From Lama glama (lineage: Eukaryota), in assembly GCA_028534125.1 (NCBI GenBank), contig CM052816.1, positions 66,156,001 through 66,220,000 of the forward strand: a stretch of 64,000 bases of DNA, written 5' to 3'. Both the position numbers and the translations under genes were made by a program. Of this stretch, positions 1-11,807 are shown piece after piece (position 1 is the first letter of the stretch; the number at the start of each line of letters is the position of its first letter). The notes under the pieces are model-generated. The model had not been told where the DNA came from. It saw only the letters and a list, made by a program, of their open reading frames with translations, and did not search any database.

Positions 1-104
1 ATTTTAATTAGAAGGGCAATATGTAAATAAATTTATTAAATAATAGGAATAAGATTAACATAACCTGTGTTGTAAATTGCTTGCCATGAGTTTCTGGATA
101 CCCC

Positions 105-456
105 TGTGATGGTTTATTTTATGTGTCAACTTGGCTGAGCTAAGGGATGTCCAGATACCTGAAAAATATTGCATCTGGGTGTGTCTGTGAGGTTGTTTCT
201 GGAAGAGATTATTGTGTAAGTTGGGGAACTGAGGAAAGCAGATGGCCCTTGCAACTGTGAGTGGGCATTGGCCAATTTCCTGGTGGCCCTAATAGAACAA
301 AAATGGGAGGAAGGATGAAGTTCCTCTCTGTTTGAGCTGGGGCATCCGTCTCCTGCCCTCAGACACTGGCACCCCTGGCTCTGGGTAAATCTCCTCTTGT
401 ATATATCTACCTCTAACCAGTTGGTTCAGTTACTTTGGGAAAACTTGACTAATACA
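105..456 (+). mobile_element. MLT2-family (ERVL) solo LTR
   Basis: Begins TGTGATGGTTTATTTTATGTGTCAACTTGGCT and ends TGACTAATACA, resembling MLT2 consensus termini; TG...CA ends. Confidence 0.85.
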
Positions 457-944
457 ACCTGTCAAGGAACTCCTACTTACTTTATTTTTCTTTTGAGCTT
501 TGCATCTTCACAAATAGTAGGACTTCAGTTCTTGACTATTAAGGATCCTTTCTGTTATCTGTGAATTTAATCTTCTGTCTTTCATGTCTGAATTCACAGG
601 CTACGGGTTTTTTGGCTACATTCAGTACCTTCTCTACTGTCTTTGCCATCTCATTCCCTCCCTCCCATCCAAACCCATTTCCCCTTTGGGCTTTGCTAGA
701 TTTACAGATCCAGTGCATTGTAATGGATTCACCTATAGAAGGCGCTAAAATAGATCAGTTCATTAATCACATCTGAGGCCACTCTCTACCAAGGCTGGAA
801 TTCACCTGCTCTTCTTTTCTCCTCAAATGATCTGCCAAGAAAGTAAATGGAAATACTGATATCCAAAGCATAAATCAGCTCTAACACTAACGTGCTGGCC
901 ATGCAGACTTGCCCCATTGGAATACAGATCTCATCACATGGTCA

Positions 945-1450
945 TGTTTTTTTTTTTTCTTCTTCTAGTTTTATTGAACTACAGTTGATATACAGCCTGG
1001 TATAAATTTAAGCATAATGATTTGATTTACATACATAATAAAGTGAGTACCACAGTAAGTTTAGTGAACATCCATCATCTCATAAAGACACAAAATTAAA
1101 GAAATAGAAGAAAAAAATTTTCCTTCTGATGAGAGCTCCTAGGATTTACTCTTTAACAACTTTCATATATAACATCCAGCAGTGGTAATTATATTTATCA
1201 TGTTGTACATCATATCCCTAGTACTTATCTTACAACTGCAAATTTGTACCTTTTGACTGCCTTCATCCAACTTCCCCTCCCCACACCTCTGGTAACCACA
1301 AATCTGGCTTCTTTTTTGATGAGTTTGTTTTCTGTTTTTGAAGTATAATTGACCTACCACACTATGTTACCTTCTAGTACACAATGTAGTAATTTATTAT
1401 TTCTATACATTTCAAACTGTTCACCACATAAGTCTAGTTATGATATGTCT
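945..1450 (-). mobile_element. 5'-truncated L1, 3' UTR fragment
   Basis: Poly-T then TTTATTGA and antisense L1 3' UTR; flanked by direct repeat ACATGGTCA at 936-944 and 1451-1459 (TSD). Confidence 0.85.
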
Positions 1451-2754
1451 ACATGGTCAAATCCTTAAGAGAGGTAAAGTCTAAATATTACTTGGTAAAA
1501 ACCAATTCTAAAAAGTCTCAAAATTCAAACTCAGATCTCCTTTTTATGAGTTGGAAGTCCAAAGACCAAAGTTCTTAAGATAATGTCCAAAAACTAGCTC
1601 TTACTCTGCTCAGTTTTGTCAAAACTCCAGTGCTTTCTGAGTGATGGAGAAAAAAGGGAAAGACTCTTTAATTTTAGTCTTGTTAGGTTGTTGGTCAGTC
1701 ACTGCTAGTTGTGCAGAATCCATGACCTGTGAACTTAAATGCACAGAGGAGAAATGTTTTTGGCATTAGGTGTTGCCTGGTGTTAGAGAGAAAATCTGTC
1801 TGTGTAAACCATCCACTCTGAAGGTGGCATGTGAGCTATCGCTGTCTTCTTTCAGAGTTTAGAAATACGCAGTAGAGGCAGCCCCAACCACCGCTTCTCA
1901 TTTGACTTGCCCTTGCCCATTCAGCGTAAAAAGAATCTCTTAATTGTCATTTTTGCTTTTGAGTCACATGTCCCTATTTCCTCTCTGATCCTCCAACTCC
2001 CACCCTGTGTGGAACGAGATGAGGACTTTGTCTAGTTTCCTGGCCTTTACTATCTCTTGTAGAACAGACACTTTCTATGCTTCACTAAATATAGTTAATG
2101 CTTCCTCTCGGCAGGTTCTGCATCCGCAGTTGGCCGAGTCCACAGAGGTGGAAACCGCAGGCAGAGGGGCCCCCCGTAAGGGGACTGAGCATCCTGGAAT
2201 TTTGGTAACCGTGAGGGTTCCTGAAACCAATCCCTTGCAGATACCGAGGGAAGACTATCTTTTTTCCATGCCGTCTTACTGCGAAACTGCTTAGGTCTGG
2301 ACACCTGCCCCTGTTAGGGATTCTTCCTTCTCCCCATATTTGTTGTTTTTGGGGAATCACATTCAGCAGACTCCTGAGCAAAGCTGCTATTGATGCTTCT
2401 AAAGTATGTGTCCCAGAGGCTCAGAGACCAGCCACGCCTCTGCTGGGTGCACCTCCAGACACACTCCCTCTCTGCTTTTGGGGGTTCTAGACCTTGGAGA
2501 GCTTTTCCTCTGCGGCAGTTTTGCCTCAGTCCTGGTTGTGCCTGCAGTGTTTTATCTTCCCTTCCCTGCTGCTCCTCATCTTTGGGGAAGGTTTAATTAA
2601 TCTCTAACAGTTGACTCCGCTTCTCAAGCTAGTCCCCTTCTTTCTCAAATTGTTTGCTGGAATTGAGAATGTGCCTTCCTTTCACATTTTCTTCGCCTTC
2701 TGGCCCAGATACTTGTTCTCAATCACACTCCTCTGGATTTTGTATTGGAGGGTG

Positions 2755-3200
2755 TTCCATAGTGAAAAATACCAAATCAGTCGATGAACGGAGAAACGTT
2801 CACTTACCTGTGTTTCGCTTGTCAGTAACAAGAAAGGGACAATGGAAACCCCCTAAACAGAAGACCGTCAGATGCACTGTGCCAAGTGTGAGAAACCAGA
2901 CTCAAGAGGTGGCATACCGTGTGGTTCCGTTTATGTGGAAATCTGGAGAATTCGTGTACAGATGTTCTGGTAAAGGCAGAACTGTTGTGACAGAAAACAG
3001 ACCAGTGGTTTCCAGGGCCTGAGGGTAAAGGTAGGGGTTGACTACAAAGAGGTGAGGGAGGATTTTGGAACAAATGAAATTTTTCTGTATATTCACTGTG
3101 GTGATAGTACACAACTTAGGTGTTTGTCAAAACTCCTAGAATTGCACGGTAAAAAAAAAAAGTCTAAATTTTATTGTAGGTAAATATCTTAATTTTTTAA
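2755..3200 (+). mobile_element. Ancient L1 (L1MC/ME-like) 3' end
   Basis: Motifs such as CAGTGGTTTCCAGGG and TTTGTCAAAACTCCTAGAATTGCAC with A-rich end, typical of old L1M 3' UTRs; boundaries approximate. Confidence 0.7.
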
Positions 3201-4699
3201 ATGGGGAAAGTATGTACATGTATCTGTCTTGACACAGCATCTGACGTAGTCGGGCACTCAGTAAATGTTGAACAGCATCTTTATTTTTTAAAGGGTAAAT
3301 GACATGAACATCTGAAACAGAAGCTCAGCTTTCATTTTGTGTAGGTTACTGTCACTTTTCCTAGCAGCCCTATTGAGATGATGCTAGCTCTTCCAGGGCA
3401 TTTAAAAAAATAAAGTTGGGAGTGGTTGATTTAAAGTCTCCGTGACCTTTGGACAGCCTTCATTTGGGGCAGGTATTTAATTTGCCCTTGATTTATGTTG
3501 AGCCGGAAGGAGTCCAGCTCTTCTCAATTTGTATGGGAAGGACGATGCTTAAAGGGGCTTAAGTCCCAAACTGTGGCTGACAGAGCACTTTGAATACCAA
3601 TTTGAGGAAAAGTGAAAAGGTGAAAATAAAGTGATGAGTTTTCCCCAAAACTAGATCTGTTCAACTCGAAAGACGGGCCTTTATTCTGATATCACGGGCT
3701 TTCTTCTTCTTCTGGCACTCACATGGCTTTTATTTATAGAACAGTGGCTAGGGGGGATAAATTTTTTGACATTTTGTTGTCTTTAAGCGTCATAAAAGAG
3801 TCTACAATGCTATTTCAGTCATTCTTCTTTCTCTCTCTATTTCTTTGTCTCTATCTCTCTTTCTGTCTTTCTCATCTATCTTTACCAGTCAGTGAAATCC
3901 AAGAATCTGTCTGGTAAATACCAGTTGAGATCAGAGTTGAGGGTGTTGTGTGCGGGGTCGTGAACCTGGCCATGCCCAGCTAGCCCGTCTGTGACCCTGG
4001 CTTCCATTCCTCACTGTCCCCTGTCTCTGCCCAGGCTCTTGTGCTCAGCCAACCTCAGTAGAGGCAGCAGCCTACTGCATCTCAGAAATGTTTCAAAAAT
4101 TCAGGAGGCATTTTCTAAGTTCTAAGGACTTGCTCAGTAGTGTTGGATTTAAATGAGCAAAATCTAGGCTGGGCGGGTCACACGTTTCCCCACGTGAAGG
4201 GCGGAATTCACAGCTCTTCATTTGCTTTGCTGTCTCACCCTGTCTGCCTGGAGAACAAACACGACGGTCCTGGTTCCATCCGGGCTGCGTTTGGATCAGG
4301 CCTTTGCCCTGGGGCTCAGGCGGCCTCCCACTGTGGTCAGTATTCCCACAGATGCCGCTGCCCTCGGTTTGTAGACGTCATCTGCCATGGAGAGGTTCTT
4401 CCGGGAGCCTGTAAGAACATGCCTTTTAAAGGCATTCTCTGAGCTGAGTAGCCTTCCAGTGATTCCACTGATGGCCCCGTTTGTTTTTGTAACCCGACTG
4501 AGACTTCCCCGGCTGCCGTGTTGCGCAGCAGGCTCCGGGAGCCCAGCGCCCAGACTCAGAGCGGGTAAGCAACGCTCACTGACTGCCCTTTGGCCAGCAT
4601 TTTAGGATCAATCTAAATTTGTCCTGACACATTAGAATACCTTACACTCATTAAGCGTTTATACAATGCTTTGCATATGTGGTTTTCTTGGCTGATATT

Positions 4700-5043
4700 T
4701 TTATTAACCATTCCTCGTAATAAGCCCATAAAACCAGTGGTTCTTTGCCTGGGAGGCCATAACTTCCTCTCCCTTCTCCCATCTTCTTGTCTCCCAATCT
4801 TTGAGTCATGGCATGGAGATAAAAGGCTGGCCTCCTTGCCTTGAGGTGGGACTAACTTTGTGGTGCAAAGACTTTGCAAAGGATCAGACTCAAGTTTATC
4901 TCTGGCTGAAACCATGTCTGGCTGAGTTTTCCCCCAGACTGTTCTGCTTCTCTCACTCTCCTTAGCCTGACAGCATCCCCCAGTCAGTGATTTGAGCAAG
5001 AATCTCTGTCTCAGGTTCTGCTTCTAGGAAACCCAGTCAAGAC
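4700..5043 (+). mobile_element. LTR16-like ERVL LTR fragment
   Basis: 3' end AATCTCTGTCTCAGGTTCTGCTTCTAGGAAACCCAGTCAAGAC resembles the LTR16/LTR33 terminus; left boundary uncertain. Confidence 0.55.
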
Positions 5044-5337
5044 TGGCCTGACCCCAGCATTGCCACGAACAGTATGGATACAGGAAAGTCCAGCTGCCTT
5101 CGAGGTCATTTGTCAAGAACACCGCCCACTAGGGGTACTCCAGTGGGGATTTTTTTGTTGTTTGCGTGGCAACAAACCAAGCCAGCCTCATCTTCTTACC
5201 TGGGAGAAAGCTGGCCACAGCATTTCTGGTTCTATTTCTGAAAGATGGGAAGAAACATTGTTGAGATTCAGTAAAGCACACTGCACATCGTAATGCTGGG
5301 TATTTGGGGACACAAAGGTAAGAATGGTACTGAAGAG

Positions 5338-5816
5338 GGTATACATTTCCTGTGCTACTGGGATCAGTGACCACAAACTTTGTAGCATAAAATAAATGCA
5401 TTCTGTCTCAGTTTTGGAGTCCAGATGTCCAAACCCAGTACCACTAGGGTGAAATCAAGACATCTGCAGGAGGGCAACGTTCCCCCGGAGGCTCCAGGGG
5501 AGAGTCTGTTCCTCACTTCTCCCAGCTTCTGGGAACAGCCAGCGCTTCTTGGTTTGTGGCTGCATCACCTTGATCTCTGCCGCTGTGGTCAGGCTGTCTT
5601 CTCTTCCATCTGTGCCGGATCTCTGTCCGCCTCCCAGTTACAAGGATGTATGTGTTGCATTTAGGGCCCACCCGATAAACCAGGATCATCTCCTCATCTC
5701 AAACCCTTAACTTTGTCTCATGTGGCATGATCTTGTTTCCATATAAAGTAACATTCACAGAGTCCAGGGGTTGGAATATGGTATCTTAGAGGCGCACTGT
5801 TTTCCTTCCTAACACA
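5338..5816 (-). mobile_element. MLT1 (C/D-like) MaLR solo LTR
   Basis: Antisense MLT1 motifs (GGAGGCTCCAGGGGAGAGTCTGTTCC, GATCATCTCCTCATCTCAA, CCATATAAAGTAACATTCACAG); degenerate 5-bp TSD AAGAG/AGGAG. Confidence 0.85.
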
Positions 5817-6185
5817 AGGAGACAATTGCAGCGCTACTCTGCACCCTGTGCTCCTTCACAATAAGCCTCCATCACCAAAGGCGGTCCCAAAGCCTCTTCT
5901 TCACATGTTTTGTACTCACCACAATACATACTATGGAGAATACAGAGACGTGAAATCACAGCCCTTGCTCTCAAGGATCTGGCCATCTGTTTCAGGAGAA
6001 GTACCCTATGCTCAAATTAATGTGATATCTGACCACAGACACTGGTTCCTTATAGGCCTTATATTCCAAGAAAAGGCAGAGAAAGCTGGGGGGCTGCAGT
6101 GGGGAAGGGAGGCTTTTGAGAGGAGTAAGACTTGAGCCAAGTCTTAACCTTTTGTTGAATTTGGCCAGGCAGAGGGGAAGAGGGT

Positions 6186-6522
6186 TGTCTCCATTTGTTC
6201 AGGCTGCTATGACAAAATACCACAGACTGGGTGGCTTATAAACAACAGAAATTTATTTCTCACAGTTCTGGAGGCTGGGAAGTGCAAGATCATGGCACCA
6301 GCACGGTTGGGTGAGGGTTATTGTTCAGACTGCAGACTTATCGTATCCTCACATGGGTAGAAGGGGCTGGGGAGCCCTGTGGAGTCTCTTTTACTAGAGC
6401 AGTAAACCCGCGCACGGGGGCGCTACTCTCATGCCCGGTGTGATGACCCTCTAACCATCATACTGGGCATTAGGGTTCTAACTTGTGAATTTTGGAGAGA
6501 CACAAACATTCAGCCCAAAGCA
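6186..6522 (-). mobile_element. MLT1A-like MaLR solo LTR
   Basis: CAGGCTGCTATGACAAAATACCACAGACTGGGTGGCTTATAAACAACAGAAATTTATTTCTCACAGTTCTGGAGGCTGGGAAG...ACAAACATTCAG; TG...CA ends; TSD AGGGT/AGAGT. Confidence 0.9.
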
Positions 6523-6571
6523 AGAGTTCAACTTATTTTCTCATTAGGTTTTTACAATTTCCTTTTAAGAT

Positions 6572-6852
6572 TGTGTCTTTCCAACATTTTTAGCCCAGCT
6601 CATATTAAGAAATACATTTTAAATCATGACCTAGTATATGGAATGTATTTATGAAATAAAAGTTTCATAAGACAGTATTTAGTTCTTACAATGAGTTCCA
6701 ATTTTTTATACTGTTCTGTTCTATTCCTTCCATTTCATTACATTCTATTTCATTAAAAAATGCTGGTTAAATCTCACTAGCTCACTAAATTAAATCTTCA
6801 ATTAAATCATAGTCATTACAGTGGATTAAGACAGATATTGGAAAAATACTAC
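6572..6852. mobile_element. hAT-Charlie non-autonomous DNA transposon (MER112-like)
   Basis: TAAGAAATACATTTT...AAAAGTTTCAT...AAAAATGCTGGT internal pattern with degenerate terminal inverted repeats. Confidence 0.55.
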
Positions 6853-6892
6853 TTTAATTCCAATACTCTCTATCATGATTTCTGACCATATT

Positions 6893-7050
6893 GGTTATTA
6901 GTTATCTATTGCTGCACATGACAAATTATCCCCAAACTTAGTGGCTTAAAACAGTACCCATTTATGATCTCAGAGCTTCTGAGGGTCAGGAATCTAGGCA
7001 TTGATTAGTTAGGTGTGTTGCCTCAAGGTTCCCTCATGAGGTGGTGAGAG
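6893..7050 (-). mobile_element. MLT1 LTR fragment
   Basis: TATTAGTTATCTATTGCTGC...CCCCAAACTTAGTGGCTTAAAACA...GGGTCAGGAATCTAGG, antisense MLT1 3' end. Confidence 0.75.
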
Positions 7051-9086
7051 GTCTAACAGGATGTAGAAGAGGATGAGTTTGAGAACTCAAGGCCCTTTCT
7101 GTAGCATCACCCCATCAGGGAACAATAGCTCTGTTCTTCTTTACCCTGCTTTGTTGCCATGGTGATCTCCACACTCACAGCAGCCTGAGACAATTGTGTT
7201 GAGACTCACCGAAGACGCTCTCCTCGTGATAAACCTCTAGAGAGATTTCAGTGACAGTGCTCGCCAGTGATGCAGGCTGCATTCAGATTATGGCACTGAA
7301 GCCTTTGAACGGCAGCAGGAGCTGTCATGGAGTGACCAGAAACAACAACAAAAAAGGAGTTTTATAAAGAAATTCTTTTTTTCTGAACATGGAGTTGAGA
7401 GAACGTTCTATCCTTTCTTTCTGTCTTCACTGTAATCGCACCTCTGAGGTTCCGGAAGAAATCTGCCCTGAGCTTCCAGGTTGGGGATGGATTGAGTGGA
7501 AAAGAGGGCTGAGGCATGAACTAAATGAATATTTCTTTCTTTTTCTGTTTCTCAGAATTGTAACCAGGGAGGGTGGGATGGGGAGGCTGGAGATGGTGTC
7601 TTTTATCTGAGAGGTCCTTCCTTCTCTCTGGATGCTAAGGCATAGCAATACAGAATCAAACTGATCTGTAAGTTCAAAAAAGGAGACTGAAAAGGCCAAA
7701 GAATGATTCTGGATACCTTGAAATTAATGATGAAATTATTTAAAATAAAATAAAATATTTTGGATTGCTTAAAAGTAATAATATGCCCTTACCTTTTTAT
7801 TCTTTGTTTTCAGTGACTGCTGACCATTTTTAGTGAGGGGTCTCTGGAATGCAAGGGTCTTGCCTCAGAGAGATGTTAATAGAACTTCTACTCAGGAATA
7901 AGTTCTTGAAAGGACTTGAAGTTTTCTTTCAGGGCAGGCATTCCTGCCTGCTTTCCTTCTCCCCTCCCTCCAGTCTTTTCTTCCTTTCTTCCTGTGTTGT
8001 GGTTCATGAAGCCTTTGAGCTCTTTGGATGATATGGATCAGGAAGTGGAGACTATTATGTGTTGCCAGCGGGACTCTCAGCTGATAGCTGGGTTTTGGGG
8101 AAACTCATGGAGAGCTGAATCATCAGGCTCCTCTTTACCAAGAGGCTGGTAAAGCCTGACCTCACAAAGCCCTCGGGGGGTAAGGATGCTGCTGGAACCT
8201 CACGCCCCACACCTGCCAGCACCCCAGCGGCTGGACGCAACATCTCTCCGCCCGGTGCCCCTCCTTCCCTGTGGTTCTGCCGCCCTTGGCTTCTGCTTTT
8301 CTTTGTGTCTTCTTGCTTTTCCCCTCACTGCTGACTCTCCTCACATGTTCCACTTCCAATTCTGAGGCCAGGTCTAATCAGCCTCCTAATTATCATCATC
8401 TCTGTTCACAGAGCTCTTGGTGTACGATCACATCACAGGTCCCGGCCAATCTGGGAACTGGTCATTTCTGTGTCAGAGAGGGTCACAGGGCCAGAACGCT
8501 GCCGATCCTCCTGGAATTACTGCCTGGCGGCTCCTTTCCTCGGTAGGGTGGTTCTTCCCCAATAGGACCGGGAGGTCTCATGTAATAACTCTCTGCCATG
8601 AACACTCTTTTCAAATGAAACACCCATGGTTTCCACTGTGTCTTCTCCCACAGGTTTTAATCTGACATAAGAATGATCACTCATTTACTTTGTGACACTC
8701 CCTTGAAGGAAACATTCAAGTGGGTTAGGCAAGACTATTTCTTTACTCACAAAGGAAAGCTATTACAAGTAAGAGAATGTCAATGGATTTTAGAAAGTGT
8801 AGGTGAAACTTCCGCTAATCTCGCCCTCGATTGCCAGTTGCATTTAGCTGATCTCTTCCTCGGTGTGTGAGTGGACATTGGACAAGAGACTGACGAGCTT
8901 ATGCATGGACACCACCACCCTCTGTTCAGTCAATCAGGTCCACCAAACAATCCATCCAAAATGGATTAAATTATAATGACCTCCAACTGTGGATGAAGCT
9001 CTTTCCTTACAGGTGTTTCTCACCCCAGGTCAGTTTGCTCCCAACTTCCTTGCACCCCTGGCCGGGAGGCAGCGCAGCACGGAAGA

Positions 9087-9119
9087 GGCAGAGCGGGCAG
9101 AGCGGGCAGAGCGGGCAGA
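9087..9119 (+). repeat. Tandem repeat (GGCAGAGCG)x3.7
   Basis: Three perfect 9-mers plus GGCAGA, read directly. Confidence 0.95.
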
Positions 9120-9944
9120 TGAGGCGCGCGTGGCTGGCTTGGGCCTTGTTTCTGTACTTCTCCAGGCATGACGGCTTCCGTGGCTTGCTCGGGATCGGGA
9201 AGGATACCATTTGGGAAAACATGCTTTCCTTTGGAAAATGACTGATAGGGGGAATTATAATACTTGAAAAGTCAGCCATTTTGAGAGACTTAGCAGAGTT
9301 TCCTCCTTGACCTAGTTTCAAGTCCTCTGCTGTGTTGCCCAGTTTGGCCGTTAAGATTTAGGTTGCTATTACAGGCCTTCAGTTTAATTTGCTCCAGAGA
9401 CCAACGTCCCAGCGTCTGGTCCACAGCAAGTGACAGACCTCAATGGCTCAAGCTGGCCTCAGTGTAACCAGTAGACCACTTTTCACTAAGGCAGCCAGCT
9501 TGGAGCCCTGCGTTTTAAATGTGAGCTCATCCTTATACAGTGAGAGAGAGGGTAGATTTCTGTGAACTTGTGTTCTACACCTCTATTTATACATCCACAT
9601 GTTTTCTGCTTCCCTTTAAGATAACAGAAACCTGCAGCTAAAACCACAAGTTGTGTAAATGACCTCATTTAAATTGCTTGCTTCTTCCTCTCCTTCAAGA
9701 TTGTATTTAAAGAGTTACAAAAAAATTGGGACAGGAGGAGATGCAGGTGGAAATTTCAGATCTGCTGTTGAAAACACAAAACAGTGAAAAAGCATATGGG
9801 CAGAGAACTGACTGGGAGAAACACATGATGACCAAATGCCTGTGGATATCTTCTGAATCATTTTATATTGACTTCTGTTTCTGAGTTCTGGTTTAAAAGT
9901 CACCATCATCTGCATGAGGTGGGAGCATCTTACAGTGCAGAGTC

Positions 9945-10015
9945 TCAGGTCCAAGTCTGCATTTTCACAAGTTTCCCAGGTGATTCTTAGGCACTTTAAA
10001 GTTTGAGAAGCACTG
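9945..10015. mobile_element. MER5-like hAT fragment
   Basis: TCTGCATTTTCACAAGTTTCCCAGGTGATTCT...AAAGTTTGAGAAGCACTG is the MER5 terminus. Confidence 0.75.
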
Positions 10016-10601
10016 GCCTCAGTACTTTGTCGTCACAACAACCTGGTCGCTTTCATTCTAATTGAATTAGGTTTTTTAATCCAATCCAGTTGCTCCCTGC
10101 TCAGTGGTCTGCAGGTCTCCCCTGTTGCCTGACAACTTGAGCCCAAGTTTTCAGCATGGCCACAAAGACTGGGCACAGTATCTACTACCTGTGTTTCAAA
10201 CCTTGCCTCTCATTGCTCCTTTGTATACACATTACCTCCAACCAGACTAGGATACTGCCTCCAGCAGTGAACGTGTGTGCCTGGCCACACTCACATGTGA
10301 CGTGCCTTTTCTAACGCTGCTCTTTTCCTTTCCTCTGTGCGTGCCAACATCCTGTTAAGTCTACAAGGACCGTATGAAACCGTCTATCCTTTGTGAAGCC
10401 TTTCCACAAACAGACAGGGTTCCTCTCTCTCTTTGAACTCCTGTAACACTTGGTTTATAGCTCTTTTATGGTCTTCTAATCATGTTTTGTTTTACTCACA
10501 GAATGCTCATCTGAGCTGTTTCTTCCTCTCCTACCCCTGCTCCATATTGTAAGATCTTTGTAACGGTGACCACATCTTAACTCATAACTGTCTTTCCTTC
10601 G

Positions 10602-10937
10602 TTGGAGAAATGTCTGTTTAGGTCTTCTCCCCAACTTTTGATTAGGTTGTTTGGGGATTTTTTTGGTGGTGTTACTGTTATTGAGTTGTATGAACTATTC
10701 GTATTTCTGGAAGTTAAGCCCTTGCCAGTCACATCGTTTGTAAATATTTTCTCCTAGTCCATAGATTGTCTTTTCATTTTGTGTATGGTTTCTATGCTGT
10801 GCAAAAGCTTGTAAGTTTAATTAGGTCTCACTTGTTTATTTTTGCTTTTATCTCTGTTGCCATGGCAGACTGACCTAGGAAAACATTGCTATGAGTTGTG
10901 TCAGAATGTTTTCCCCATGTTCTTTCCTAGGAGATTT
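10602..10937 (-). mobile_element. L1 ORF2 3'-region fragment
   Basis: TTGGAGAAATGTCTGTTTAGGTC...GCTGTGCAAAAGCTT...GTTTATTTTTGCTTT, antisense ORF2 C-terminal region. Confidence 0.85.
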
Positions 10938-11405
10938 ATGGTGTCCTATCTTATGCTAATGTGGGTATAGAGGGAACATTTCTCAGCATCATAAAAGCTA
11001 TTTATGACAAACCCACAGCCAACATAATAATCATAGGTGAAAAGTTGAATACTTCCTGTTAATCTGGAACAAGACAGGTACACCCCCTCTTACCACTTCT
11101 ATTCAACATAGAATTGGAAGTCCTGGCCACAGCAATCAGATAGGAAAATAAACAAAGGGATCCAAATTGGAAGGGAAGAGGTAAAAGTGTTACTACATGC
11201 AGACGACATTATCCTATATATAGAAAGCGCTAAAGATTCCACAGGAGAACTACTAGAGCTGATAAACAAATTCAGCAAGCTAGCAGGTTACGAGAGTGAC
11301 ATACAGAAATCTGTTGCATTTCTATACATTAACAATGAACTATCAGAAAAGGAAGTGAAAAATAACCCCTTTTAAAATTGCATAAAAAAATAAAATACTC
11401 AGGAT
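10938..11405 (+). mobile_element. L1 ORF2 reverse transcriptase fragment
   Basis: ORF 11187-11375 LLHADDIILYIE...LLELINKFSKLAGY...QKSVAFLY is the L1 RT FADD region; upstream sequence degenerate. Confidence 0.9.
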
Positions 11406-11656
11406 TTATCCCTTTGAGCAGGTAATTTGAACTCTCTAAGCCTCAATTTTTCACATAATAAAATGGGACACAGGACATTTATCATGGTGCCTAGTACACA
11501 GAAAACACTTAATAAACAGTAACTATTCTGATAATTTCAAAAATAATCATGAAAATTGTGATTGAATTGATAGGACCATCTATTTTATTATTCTAAGATC
11601 TTAAGATGATACCTAACTTGCAGCGTTCAATGCTTGTCTTCTATGGCATATAGTAG

Positions 11657-11807
11657 GGGGAGGGCATAGCTCAAGTGGTAGAGCGCATGCTTAGCATCCA
11701 CAAGGTCCTGGGTTCAATCCCTAGTACCTCCTCTAAAATAAACAAATAAAACTAATTACCTCACCCCCAAGAAAAAAACAAAAAATCCACACACAAAAAA
11801 AGAACAC
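11657..11807 (+). mobile_element. tRNA-Ala-derived SINE (vic-1 type, camelid)
   Basis: GGGGAGGGCATAGCTCAAGTGGTAGAGCGCATGCTTAGCATCCACAAGGTCCTGGGTTCAATCCCTAGTACCTCC with A and B boxes, A-rich tail and perfect 14-bp TSD ATGGCATATAGTAG (11643-11656, 11808-11821). Confidence 0.9.

Noticed and set aside
4170..4600. CpG-island promoter
   Set aside because: Only modest, short CpG enrichment with no first-exon evidence.
11187..11375. Novel reverse transcriptase system
   Set aside because: It is an ordinary degraded L1 RT fragment.
11657..11735. Functional tRNA-Ala gene
   Set aside because: A-rich tail, non-tRNA 3' extension and a 14-bp TSD identify it as a SINE.
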